A DNA stretch of 64,000 nucleotides from a virus: IMG/VR virus record IMGVR_UViG_3300030107_006096, positions 1 through 64,000 of that record. One strand, 5' to 3'. Below are positions 41,079-50,415 of this stretch, piece by piece (the first letter of the stretch is position 1; the number at the start of each line of letters is the position of its first letter). Made by a program: the position numbers and the translations under genes. Below the pieces are notes generated by a model. It searched no databases, was not told the DNA's origin, and was given only the letters and a program-made list of their open reading frames with translations.

Positions 41079-42099
41079 CACGCATTTTGGAGCTAGAGGC
41101 GATTCACAATTATTCCTAGACTACTTTATGAAATTTTTTGATGAAGTATTCTTTCCCTATGTAAAAGAAAATAATATTAAAACTATCATTCATGCAGGTG
41201 ATTTGATGGATCGCCGCAAGTTTGTAAACTTTAGTATTCTAAATCAAGTTCGCAATCGATTCATCAAACAACTCGAAGATGAAAATATTCAGATGCATTG
41301 TATTATTGGCAATCATGACATCTACTACAGAAATACTAATGATGTTAATTCTACAACAGAGTTGTTCAAGGATGATATTTCAATATATGAAAAGCCCACT
41401 GTGATAGATTTTGATGGCTTAAATATTGGATTTTTACCTTGGGTAAATAAAGAAAATTATGAAGAGTCAATTCAATTTATTAAGACGGCAAATGCAGCAA
41501 TTCTAGTCGGACATTTAGAGTTGGATGGATATCAGGTTCTCCGTGGAGTAAAGTATCACGGAGGAATGGATTCTAAATTGTTTGATCGTTATGAGAAAGT
41601 TCTTTCGGGACATTTTCATTGCCGTCAAGAACAAGATAACATTTACTATCTTGGCACACAATACCAGATGACATTTGCCGACTTGAATGAAAGAAAAGGC
41701 TTTCATATTCTTGACACTGAAACTAGGGAAGTAGAGTTCATCGAAAACCCATATCAAATGTTTCATATACTAGAATATAATGATGAAGATGGTCCAATTG
41801 ATGTTGATAAGTTAGATTTGGATTACTTAAAAGATTGTTATGTCCGTCTGGACATTCACCATAAGAAACATGCTTACAGTTTTGATCGATTTATGGATCG
41901 GCTTTACGACGTTGGAGCCGCAAAGATCACAACTGTAGAAGAATCAATAGATGAAAATGAAGAGGAAGAACTTGTTGACTTAGCTCAGGATACTGTTACA
42001 CTAATCAATAACGAAATCGATTTATTGGATGAAGTAGAAGACAAACCAAGAATGAAAAAGATAATTAAAGATCTTTACATGGAGAGTTTATCGCTGTGA
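41056..42099 (+). CDS. gp47: Recombination endonuclease subunit gp47 (Mre11/SbcD-like)
   Basis: DTHFG, GDLMD, GNHD, GHLE, SGHFH. Confidence 0.95.
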   Translation: MKIALINDTHFGARGDSQLFLDYFMKFFDEVFFPYVKENNIKTIIHAGDLMDRRKFVNFSILNQVRNRFIKQLEDENIQMHCIIGNHDIYYRNTNDVNSTTELFKDDISIYEKPTVIDFDGLNIGFLPWVNKENYEESIQFIKTANAAILVGHLELDGYQVLRGVKYHGGMDSKLFDRYEKVLSGHFHCRQEQDNIYYLGTQYQMTFADLNERKGFHILDTETREVEFIENPYQMFHILEYNDEDGPIDVDKLDLDYLKDCYVRLDIHHKKHAYSFDRFMDRLYDVGAAKITTVEESIDENEEEELVDLAQDTVTLINNEIDLLDEVEDKPRMKKIIKDLYMESLSL

Positions 42100-42650
42100 A
42101 TATTTTTGTACTGGATGAGAATCCACAAACCGCCGCACAAATGATGTGCGACAAGCATGTAGTAAAAATGATTGTAGAGTCCGGACAAATGCTTTCTACG
42201 GCATGGAGAGTTCTAGATGGAGACCAATATACGGAACTGTCTGCAAACAATCGCCGAATCAAAAGATGGAAATTACCTTACGAAATGTTTGAGGAGATGT
42301 TATACAAAGCCTCATTTGTTGGACATCCATGTACCCAATGGACAATGGAAAATCAAAAGAACTATTATTGGTTAGCAGAACACGCATATGCTTTGTGTAG
42401 AGAATACACTTACAGATATAAAGGTAAAGAACATAAAGCACAAGATATGATTTCTTATATGCGTTATCGTAAACCTGCGAACATAAAAATGTCAGAGTCT
42501 ATGACTCCATTTGCTCAAGCGATGCCCGATACATATAAGAACAAAGATGCTGTGAAAGCCTATCGTGCGTATTATCTCGGCGAAAAAACTGGGTTTGCAA
42601 AATGGAGTCACAGAGAAACTCCTACTTGGTATGAGGAGGCATTAGTTTGA
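42096..42650 (+). CDS. Pyrimidine-dimer DNA glycosylase-like protein
   Basis: MNIFVLD.NP..AAQ..CDKHVVKM..E..Q.LST, HPCTQW, EY.YRY, FAQAMP..YK, AYRAYY family signature; GTG start. Confidence 0.7.
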   Translation: MNIFVLDENPQTAAQMMCDKHVVKMIVESGQMLSTAWRVLDGDQYTELSANNRRIKRWKLPYEMFEEMLYKASFVGHPCTQWTMENQKNYYWLAEHAYALCREYTYRYKGKEHKAQDMISYMRYRKPANIKMSESMTPFAQAMPDTYKNKDAVKAYRAYYLGEKTGFAKWSHRETPTWYEEALV

Positions 42651-44359
42651 TAATATTCCAAACATTAAGTTGGAGAAACTTTCTCTCAACAGGAAACTAT
42701 AAGACAACTGTTGATCTAACTCGTCATGATAATACACTTGTGTCTGGCGAGAATGGTGCAGGCAAATCTACAATGCTAGATGCATTGACGTTTTCTTTGT
42801 TTGGAAAATCATTTCGTGGCATCAAAATCCCACAGCTACCAAACTCTATTAATGAAAAAGACTGTGAAGTAGAAATTAATTTTACAATCGGAAAAGATGA
42901 GTACCGAGTTGTTCGTGGACTTAAGCCTAAAAAGTTTGAGATATACAAGAATGATGATTTGCTTCCACAAGATGCAAAGTCCAAGGACTATCAAAAAATA
43001 CTTGAAGAACAGATTCTCAAGATGAGTTACAAATCATTTTGTCAGGTTGTAATATTGGGATCATCAAACTATGTCCCTTTCATGCAACTTAGTGCCGCAG
43101 ATCGTCGAGCGGTGGTTGAGAACCTTCTAGACATTGATATATTTTCTGCCATGAATACCCTTGTAAAGATGAGACTTCAGATAACGAAAGAGTATATCAA
43201 GGATGTTGATTATAAGATCGAGATTACAAAGAGTAAGGCTGAAGATAAACAAAAACTCATAAAGACACTTGAAAAGAAATCAAGTGATTCGGTTGAAAAG
43301 TATGAAGAGGAAATCAAAGAGAATCGAAAAATGATTTCCGAATACAATCATATAATCGAATCATATCAAACTAATATTGAACATCTAATGAGTCAAATAA
43401 AGGATAAAGATATTATTCCTAAGTCTCTATTGAACATGGAGTCCGATGAAAAGGAATTGAAGAACAAGATTAAAACTATTCAGAAGAACGTAAAGTTTTA
43501 TGAAGAGAATGATACCTGTCCTTCATGTAAGCAAGATATACAACAACATCATCGTGATAGTGTCTTTGCAGAAAAGAAGAAAGAAAAAGAATCTATTGAT
43601 TCACAATTAGAGGAACTGTCCGAGACAATCGATTCGGTTCAAAAAAGATTGAATGACATCAATGCAGTATTGACTACTATAGAGGGAATTGAGAAGGCAA
43701 TCTCAACTAAACAAAATGAGATTTCAGTTTCTTCACAATACATTGACAAGATGCAAAAGAATATTGAATCAGTTCTTACTGAAGGAAAAGAGGTTCAAGA
43801 AACCAAAGATGAATTGAACCAACTGATTGGTGAGGGAAAGAATCATGTCACAAGAAGAAAAGAGTTGGTCGAAGATAAACATTATTATGGTATTGCTTCT
43901 ACTCTTTTGAAAGACAGTGGAATCAAATCAAAAATTATCAAGCACTACTTGCCGATTATGAACAAACTGATTAACAAGTATCTTGCGGACATGGATTTCT
44001 TTTGTCAGTTCAACCTTGACGAAAACTTCAGCGAGACAATTAAGAGCCGACATCGTGACGAGTTTACCTACCATAGTTTCAGTGAAGGTGAACGATTGCG
44101 TATTGACTTGTCGTTGCTTCTTGCATGGCGAGAGATTGCACGGTTAAAGAATAGTGTGAATTGTAATCTTTTGATTCTTGATGAGGTGTTTGACTCTAGC
44201 CTTGACGGAGTTGGCACAGAAGAGTTCTTAAAGATATTAACATCGTTCGGTAATCGTGCTAACATATTTGTAATCAGTCACAAGTCTGATTCAATGACAG
44301 ACAAGTTTCAGAATCATATTGTGTTTGAAAAGAAGAACAACTTCAGTAGGATAAAATGA
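42647..44359 (+). CDS. gp46: Recombination ATPase gp46 (Rad50/SbcC-like)
   Basis: NFLSTGN, GENGAGKST, CPSCKQ zinc hook, FSEGE, LILDEVFD, ISH. Confidence 0.96.
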   Translation: MIIFQTLSWRNFLSTGNYKTTVDLTRHDNTLVSGENGAGKSTMLDALTFSLFGKSFRGIKIPQLPNSINEKDCEVEINFTIGKDEYRVVRGLKPKKFEIYKNDDLLPQDAKSKDYQKILEEQILKMSYKSFCQVVILGSSNYVPFMQLSAADRRAVVENLLDIDIFSAMNTLVKMRLQITKEYIKDVDYKIEITKSKAEDKQKLIKTLEKKSSDSVEKYEEEIKENRKMISEYNHIIESYQTNIEHLMSQIKDKDIIPKSLLNMESDEKELKNKIKTIQKNVKFYEENDTCPSCKQDIQQHHRDSVFAEKKKEKESIDSQLEELSETIDSVQKRLNDINAVLTTIEGIEKAISTKQNEISVSSQYIDKMQKNIESVLTEGKEVQETKDELNQLIGEGKNHVTRRKELVEDKHYYGIASTLLKDSGIKSKIIKHYLPIMNKLINKYLADMDFFCQFNLDENFSETIKSRHRDEFTYHSFSEGERLRIDLSLLLAWREIARLKNSVNCNLLILDEVFDSSLDGVGTEEFLKILTSFGNRANIFVISHKSDSMTDKFQNHIVFEKKNNFSRIK

Positions 44360-44829
44360 TGCTTGTGAAACATGGCACCGAATCTCAAATAAAAGAAATA
44401 TACGATACCTTTCGGTTGTATAAAGATATATTTCCACATCTACGATTTGATTATCTTACTCGCAAGGTTAAATCAGATAGATGCATTTATGAAGATGATG
44501 TTGCCATCACTTACACAATCTATCAAAGAAAAAATAAAGTAGGAACGTCTTATGAGAATTTAGAGTTGAAAGCCTCCAAGGGTGATGTTATGATACATCA
44601 ACTTGCAAATGCAAATCCAAGTAACGGCAAGAGCAAGGAGATCGTGCAAAGATTTCTCGAAGAGAATTGTCATGGTAAAAGAGTATGGTTGACTGTTCGT
44701 CAAAACAATGATCGTGCCGTACGCTTTTATGAAAAGATGAATTTCAAAAATGTCGGAACTGTACATTGGATGAAAGGAAAACTACCCGGATATGTCTTCT
44801 GTTATGTCACAAATAAAACCATACTATGA
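44356..44829 (+). CDS. GNAT-family acetyltransferase
   Basis: VWLTVRQNNDRAVRFYEKMNF is a typical GNAT C-terminal motif. Confidence 0.8.
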   Translation: MMLVKHGTESQIKEIYDTFRLYKDIFPHLRFDYLTRKVKSDRCIYEDDVAITYTIYQRKNKVGTSYENLELKASKGDVMIHQLANANPSNGKSKEIVQRFLEENCHGKRVWLTVRQNNDRAVRFYEKMNFKNVGTVHWMKGKLPGYVFCYVTNKTIL

Positions 44830-46396
44830 ACGCAACAACCATGTGATTGATTCGCATGTGAATTGCAACTTTGAAGATTTACTTGAGATGACTCCAGACG
44901 AGTTTCGTGAATGGGTCATCGAAATGCGTAAGGCAGTAAAACAAGCATGGGACACTTACGGCTGTCCTCCACGAACCGGCAAAGATGAACAAGACATCAT
45001 TGATTCTTTCAATAAGATTGCCGAGTATCCAGTTCATAAATTCACACACACCGATGAACTGTCTGACATGGACGATGATGTAATCATCAACAAGTCTCGT
45101 CTTGGAGTGGAAGTTGATCAATGGTTCTCGAATATGTTCAAGACAAGAATCAACTACACCGAAAAAGATAATGGATATTCTATCTATGATCTGGTAGCCG
45201 ATGATAAGAGATTGGATCAGGTTGTGAAGGGAGCGATGCGTCATCTTCGTCGTGATTCATTTTACACTCATGCACTTTCCGCGATCAAGCATGATAAGAA
45301 ATATGCTGTCGTAGATGTGGGAAGTGGCGATGAATGGATGGAAGCATTCTTCAACAATCCAAATATATTTCGAGGATATGATTTCCTACTTGAACAGGTG
45401 AAGATTCGTGACGGGGCGAACACTGGATATTTTCAGTTAGAACAGGACGACATTCTTCAGCTAACGAAGGATCAGGTGGAGAAGTGGAAGAATAAAATGG
45501 AATACCGCCATTACTCTACTTTTGATATTTCTGCAATGCCTGATGATAAAGTGTATGCAATCCGTATATATAGAAAAGGGAGAAAGGTATTTCCTGCTGC
45601 TTTTAAGTCTTTTAGGATAGGATATATTCAACCTGCGGTAAACTTTCCGCCAATGACTGCGAAATATTTGTATGAAAGATTCACAGAAAATATTAAAGAT
45701 CAAGAACGCATTGTTATATACGACCCGTCAAGTGGGTGGGGCGGCCGCATACTCGGTGCTATGGGTTGTCGGGATGATCGTCGGATTCACTATGTTGGCA
45801 CTGACCCAAATCCTGATAATTTTCTTGATGGCGATTCTTACAGTAAGTATGAGTCTCTCGCTGATTTTTACAACACCAAAACTTATCGCGGAAATCCATT
45901 CTTTTCCGAAACGAACTCTTACCATATTTTCAAAGAGGGTTCGGAGGAGATTGGCAAACACTCTGATTTCCAACAATATAAAGGGAAAACAGATCTTATT
46001 TTTACATCGCCACCCTATTTCAACAGGGAAGCATACTCAGAAGACGAAAATCAATCGTACAAAAAATACGGATCGTCATATGAATCATGGAAAGAAGGTT
46101 TTCTTCGACCAACATTAACAACTTGTGTTGAGTGGTTAAAGGAAGATAGATATTTATTATGGAACGTAGCCGATGTTTTAGTGAGTGGTAAATATTTACC
46201 GATAGAGCAAGATAGTATTGACATATTAGAATCTTTAGGTATGATTTATAAGTATACTTTGAAGATGGGACTGGAAGGAATGCCAGGTCAAAATAGAGTG
46301 GGAGAAGATGGAAAGCCCAAATGTAAAAATTTCTGTCAGGTGAATGGAAAATATTTAAAGTACGAACCAGTATTTGTTTTTTATAAAGGAACTTGA
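44792..46396 (+). CDS. DNA amino-methyltransferase (m4C or m6A)
   Basis: SAM-binding YDPSSGWGGR followed by catalytic FTSPPYF. Confidence 0.85.
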   Translation: MSSVMSQIKPYYERNNHVIDSHVNCNFEDLLEMTPDEFREWVIEMRKAVKQAWDTYGCPPRTGKDEQDIIDSFNKIAEYPVHKFTHTDELSDMDDDVIINKSRLGVEVDQWFSNMFKTRINYTEKDNGYSIYDLVADDKRLDQVVKGAMRHLRRDSFYTHALSAIKHDKKYAVVDVGSGDEWMEAFFNNPNIFRGYDFLLEQVKIRDGANTGYFQLEQDDILQLTKDQVEKWKNKMEYRHYSTFDISAMPDDKVYAIRIYRKGRKVFPAAFKSFRIGYIQPAVNFPPMTAKYLYERFTENIKDQERIVIYDPSSGWGGRILGAMGCRDDRRIHYVGTDPNPDNFLDGDSYSKYESLADFYNTKTYRGNPFFSETNSYHIFKEGSEEIGKHSDFQQYKGKTDLIFTSPPYFNREAYSEDENQSYKKYGSSYESWKEGFLRPTLTTCVEWLKEDRYLLWNVADVLVSGKYLPIEQDSIDILESLGMIYKYTLKMGLEGMPGQNRVGEDGKPKCKNFCQVNGKYLKYEPVFVFYKGT

Positions 46397-46398
46397 AA

Positions 46399-47832
46399 AT
46401 GGCAAAAAAGAAAAAGGGAAACCTTCTCTACATCATGAACCCTAATTGTGGATGGTGCAAGAAAGCTGATCCTGTAGTTGAGGAATTGGTCAAAGATGGA
46501 TATAAAATTAAGACATTAAATGTCCAGAACCAAGATGATGCAATAAAGGCAAGAGAAGCTATTACAAAGCATGGTATTCAATGCGGAACTCCATTGTTCC
46601 TAGATTCAAAGACAGGTAACATGGTATGTGGTTTTAGGGAAAAAGATATTCTTGAAAAATGGGCAAATGGAGAAGAGATGCCTGCTCCGCCTCCAAGAGA
46701 ACAACCTCAACAGCCTCAACATGTTGAAAAAGAGACTAGAGTTAGATTGGAATATATTTGGCTGGACGGTAAAGAGACAACTGGTATCAGGTCAAAAATT
46801 AAATTTGAAAACATTAAACTGCCTCCTGTGAATCCCCATGCTCCACCTCCTATTGATGAACTCATGGGAAAAATTCCTGATTGGTCATTTGATGGTTCAA
46901 GCACATCTCAGGCAGAAGTAGAGAATAGTGATTTAATTTTGAAGCCTGTTAAGATTGTAAGAAATAGTTTAGAACGACAACAGCCTGGGGGTCAAATATC
47001 ATTAATAGTTTTATGTGAAGTTTTCAATGTAGATGGGACGCCCCATGAGTCAAATGCTCGATATAACTTGAGATCTTTTGTTGATGAAAATGAAATGGAC
47101 GATTTGGTAGTTTCCTCAGAGCAAGAGTATGTATTTTGGAACCATGACTTAGATTTGCCATCTGGTTGGGAGTCTTCGGATAAAGATGGTTCAATGGGCG
47201 AACCTTCAAATGAGGGAGATTACTATTGTGGTTTTGCATTAGACAACTCTACCGTTGGTGGTACTCATAGAATGATTGCAGATTTCCACGCAAATGTTTG
47301 TGGTATGTGTGATATTAGTTTAAGTGGATATAATGCAGAGGTTATGAAATCCCAGTGGGAGTATCAAACAGCACCATCTGATGTTTTAACTTCGGCAGAT
47401 AATCTTTGGATTAGTAGATATCTTTTAATGAGAATTTCTGAACAAAGAGGACTAGGTATTTCTTTTGATCCTAAACCTGTTGACGGAAATTATAATGGTT
47501 CTGGTTGTCATATTAATTTTTCCACCAAGACAATGAGAGAAGGATCAAACGAAATCGTAGAAGAAATCTGTGAGTCACTTGCTTTAAATCACGAAAAAGC
47601 AATTTCATCTTATGGTGTGGGAAATGATAAAAGACTAACAGGAAAAAATGAAACTTCTAAAATTGATAAGTTTACATATGGTAAAGGTGATAGATCTTGT
47701 TCTTTAAGGATTCCAGTTGGAGATTATCTTGAAGATAGAAGACCTGCTGCAAACGTAGATCCCTATGTTGCTTTTCTTAATCTGTCAGAAGTTTTGACAG
47801 ATGTTAATAATAAAGTTTTAGAAAGAGTGTAG
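46399..47832 (+). CDS. Thioredoxin domain fused to type II glutamine synthetase
   Basis: N-terminal CGWC and GTP motifs; Pro/Gln linker; EYIWLDG, WSFDGSST, EQEY, YYCG, NAEVM..QWEYQ, DPKP..GNYNGSGCHINFST, RLTG..ET, EDRRPAANVDPY. Confidence 0.88.
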   Translation: MAKKKKGNLLYIMNPNCGWCKKADPVVEELVKDGYKIKTLNVQNQDDAIKAREAITKHGIQCGTPLFLDSKTGNMVCGFREKDILEKWANGEEMPAPPPREQPQQPQHVEKETRVRLEYIWLDGKETTGIRSKIKFENIKLPPVNPHAPPPIDELMGKIPDWSFDGSSTSQAEVENSDLILKPVKIVRNSLERQQPGGQISLIVLCEVFNVDGTPHESNARYNLRSFVDENEMDDLVVSSEQEYVFWNHDLDLPSGWESSDKDGSMGEPSNEGDYYCGFALDNSTVGGTHRMIADFHANVCGMCDISLSGYNAEVMKSQWEYQTAPSDVLTSADNLWISRYLLMRISEQRGLGISFDPKPVDGNYNGSGCHINFSTKTMREGSNEIVEEICESLALNHEKAISSYGVGNDKRLTGKNETSKIDKFTYGKGDRSCSLRIPVGDYLEDRRPAANVDPYVAFLNLSEVLTDVNNKVLERV

Positions 47833-47837
47833 ACTAA

Positions 47838-48197
47838 ATGCCAAGGAAAAAAAGAATTGATAATATCACTGGTTTGAGTGATAATACTAACCTATCATAT
47901 GAAGGATATCTAAAGGCTGCTTTGGCTTTAATGTCAGATCAGTTTTCAATCAGAGTTTATAAGTTGGCTCCCAAAAATGAATATCCAATATTCGAGAGAG
48001 GGAAGGATATCAGAGTTCAATTCTACTGCAACAAAAAAAGAATATATGAATTTATCATAGAAAAGATGTTCTATTACCAAAGCAATAGAAACAAGGAGGA
48101 CAGGGCATGGATGAGAACTCATGCTTCTGTTCACCTAAATATGGTAAAGAATGCCATTATTAGGAAAGAGAAAAATGTCTCTAAGATACCCGGATGA
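47838..48197 (+). CDS. Hypothetical protein
   Basis: 119 aa ORF packed in the operon; no recognisable motif. Confidence 0.55.
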   Translation: MPRKKRIDNITGLSDNTNLSYEGYLKAALALMSDQFSIRVYKLAPKNEYPIFERGKDIRVQFYCNKKRIYEFIIEKMFYYQSNRNKEDRAWMRTHASVHLNMVKNAIIRKEKNVSKIPG

Positions 48198-48675
48198 AAT
48201 TTCTTTTTTAAAAGAACAAATATCAGAATTGTTAAGATACAATGATGTTATTTTAGATGACATTGTTTACATGTACTATGTCTATAGAGAACCTGAAAAT
48301 GTTTTTGTTGCAAGAAGAAACTCAAGAAAGCCATCTACTGCTAGACAGACTCCAAAGACTGCTTTTAGTTCATTAGACATCATCGGTAATCAACTAGTAA
48401 TTAAAATTTTTGAAGCATTACACGGCCACAACAAATTTTCCAATAATGAAAATATTGGAGGAAAATTTAACATAGTCGGAAAGTTTAAAATGGTTGATGA
48501 AAGTGGAGATTATGTTCGCTATAACATGGGAGATGTGGTATACTTCAATGGTAAAACTTATATCGCTACCAGAAATACAACAGGCTGTACGCCAGGACAT
48601 AAACATCCATATTGTGATTCGTGGAAAGTGATTGGTTTAGATGATAGTGTGGGTTACAAGGAAAGTGGTTTTTAG
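48175..48675 (+). CDS. Hypothetical protein with C-terminal CBM5/12-like motif
   Basis: YNMGDVVYFNGKTYIA...P...W resembles the Y..GD.V.Y.G..Y small beta module; start 48175 or 48151. Confidence 0.5.
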   Translation: MSLRYPDEISFLKEQISELLRYNDVILDDIVYMYYVYREPENVFVARRNSRKPSTARQTPKTAFSSLDIIGNQLVIKIFEALHGHNKFSNNENIGGKFNIVGKFKMVDESGDYVRYNMGDVVYFNGKTYIATRNTTGCTPGHKHPYCDSWKVIGLDDSVGYKESGF

Positions 48676-48686
48676 GAGTTTTCGTT

Positions 48687-49517
48687 ATTATTCTTTTAGA
48701 TAACAATCAAATACTTTTTGCTAATGTTTTTCAGTCTATAAAATATTCTTCTACTGTTGATGAAGATTTTTTGAGACACATGACTCTAAACACATATCGC
48801 TTCTACAGAAATAAATTTCAGTCTGAATATGGTGAACTTGTAATTTGTAACGACTCTAAGAATTATTGGAGGAAAGACATTTTTCCATATTACAAGCACA
48901 GTAGAAAACAAAAAATTAAGTCTTCTGAATTGGATTGGGATTCCATCTTCAATAGCATGACAAAGATAAGAGAAGAAGTTAAAAATACTTTCCCCTATAA
49001 AAATATAACTGTTGAAAGAACAGAAGCCGACGACATCATATCAGTGATTTGTAAAAACTATAACGATGAGAAGATGTTGATAGTTTCAAGCGATAAAGAC
49101 TTTCAACAACTTCAAAGATATCCCAACGTAGAACAATATAGCCCAATAAGAAAAGATTTTCTTGTGTGTGATGATCCGGAGACATTTTTATTGGATCATA
49201 TAATTAAAGGTGACTCTTCAGATGGAATACCTAATATTCTATCTGATGATGATGTTTTCACAATAGAAGACAAAAGACAAAAAGCATGTGGTAAAAAAAG
49301 AATGACCACAATCAAAGAAGACATTTCCCAGTGGTCGAATACAGATCATTGGAAAAGAAATCAAAGTCTAATTGATTTAAATCTTATTCCAGAACAGTAT
49401 CAGTCTGCTATAATTAAGGAATATGAAAAAGAACCTATTGGTAAAAGAAGTAATATATTGAATTACTTTATAACAAACAAATTAAAAAATTTAATGTCTA
49501 ACATAGAGGAGTTTTAG
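48687..49517 (+). CDS. rnh: T4-type RNase H (5'-3' exonuclease), probable ATT start
   Basis: NYWRKDIFPYYKHSR, EADD, SSDKDFQQL, IIKGDSSDGIPNILS; in-frame upstream IILLDNNQ after an AGGAG RBS. Confidence 0.9.
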   Translation: MILLDNNQILFANVFQSIKYSSTVDEDFLRHMTLNTYRFYRNKFQSEYGELVICNDSKNYWRKDIFPYYKHSRKQKIKSSELDWDSIFNSMTKIREEVKNTFPYKNITVERTEADDIISVICKNYNDEKMLIVSSDKDFQQLQRYPNVEQYSPIRKDFLVCDDPETFLLDHIIKGDSSDGIPNILSDDDVFTIEDKRQKACGKKRMTTIKEDISQWSNTDHWKRNQSLIDLNLIPEQYQSAIIKEYEKEPIGKRSNILNYFITNKLKNLMSNIEEF

Positions 49518-49522
49518 TTTCG

Positions 49523-49702
49523 ATGCCAAAGAAAAAACAGAATAATAACTATAATCAATATGAAGATTATGAAGATGTTCGAGGAAAAGGGACAAGGAAA
49601 GAGAAGAGAAGGACTCGTCGGCACAATGAAAAAAAGTGGTTAGACGAAGTTGCTAGAGGCAATCTTGATTCTGAAACATATGTTGATCACTTTGAAGAAT
49701 GA
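49523..49702 (+). CDS. Small charged hypothetical protein (59 aa, not in the ORF track)
   Basis: ATG 49523 to TGA 49702, MPKKKQNNNYNQYEDYEDVRGKGTRKEKRRTRRHNEKKW...; fills the rnh-gp45 gap; GAGGAG upstream. Confidence 0.6.
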   Translation: MPKKKQNNNYNQYEDYEDVRGKGTRKEKRRTRRHNEKKWLDEVARGNLDSETYVDHFEE

Positions 49703-49717
49703 AACGGAGACTATATT

Positions 49718-50413
49718 ATGATTACTGCGACTAGCGTGAAATTGTCAAAAGAGACACTTTCAATTCTTAAAAACTTTTCTGCACACAACAGTAACTTGTT
49801 GGTTAAGCCGGGAAATGAAATTAATACAATCACACCTGCAAAGAACGTAGTTGCGAAGGCGACTGTGCAGGAAGATTTTCCTGTTGAATTTGGAATCTGG
49901 GACTTGAATAAGTTTCTAGGAACAATTTCTCTTTTCAACGATCCTGAATTTACTTTTGATGAGAAGTGTGTTCGTATTGAAGGCGAAGATGGTGCAAAGG
50001 TGGATTACTATTATTCCGAACCTAGACTTCTTTCTACGTTGACAAAAGATGTTAATATGCCTGAGTCAGTTGTTCACTTTTCAATAACAGAGGATAACTT
50101 TATCTCATTACAAAGAGCAGCTTCAGTTCTACAACTTCCAGATCTTTGTATTCGATCTAACGACAATAATGAAATTTTATTGGTTGTTCTTGATAAAAAG
50201 AGTTCAACATCAAATCAATTTGCTATAACTGTTGGTGAAAATGAAACTGGTGCTAGTTTTGAATTTTACCTTAAGATGGAGAATATTAGACTTCTTGCTG
50301 GCAATTATGACGTATCAGTTTCTAAGACTGTAGTTAGTAAGTTTTCTCATCAATCTACGGATTTAGTCTACTACATAGCACTAGAGAATGATTCTACTTT
50401 CAGTGGAGATTGA
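49718..50413 (+). CDS. gp45: Sliding clamp gp45
   Basis: KLSKETLSILKNFS, FGIWDLNKFLG, YYIALE. Confidence 0.95.
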   Translation: MITATSVKLSKETLSILKNFSAHNSNLLVKPGNEINTITPAKNVVAKATVQEDFPVEFGIWDLNKFLGTISLFNDPEFTFDEKCVRIEGEDGAKVDYYYSEPRLLSTLTKDVNMPESVVHFSITEDNFISLQRAASVLQLPDLCIRSNDNNEILLVVLDKKSSTSNQFAITVGENETGASFEFYLKMENIRLLAGNYDVSVSKTVVSKFSHQSTDLVYYIALENDSTFSGD

Positions 50414-50415
50414 TT

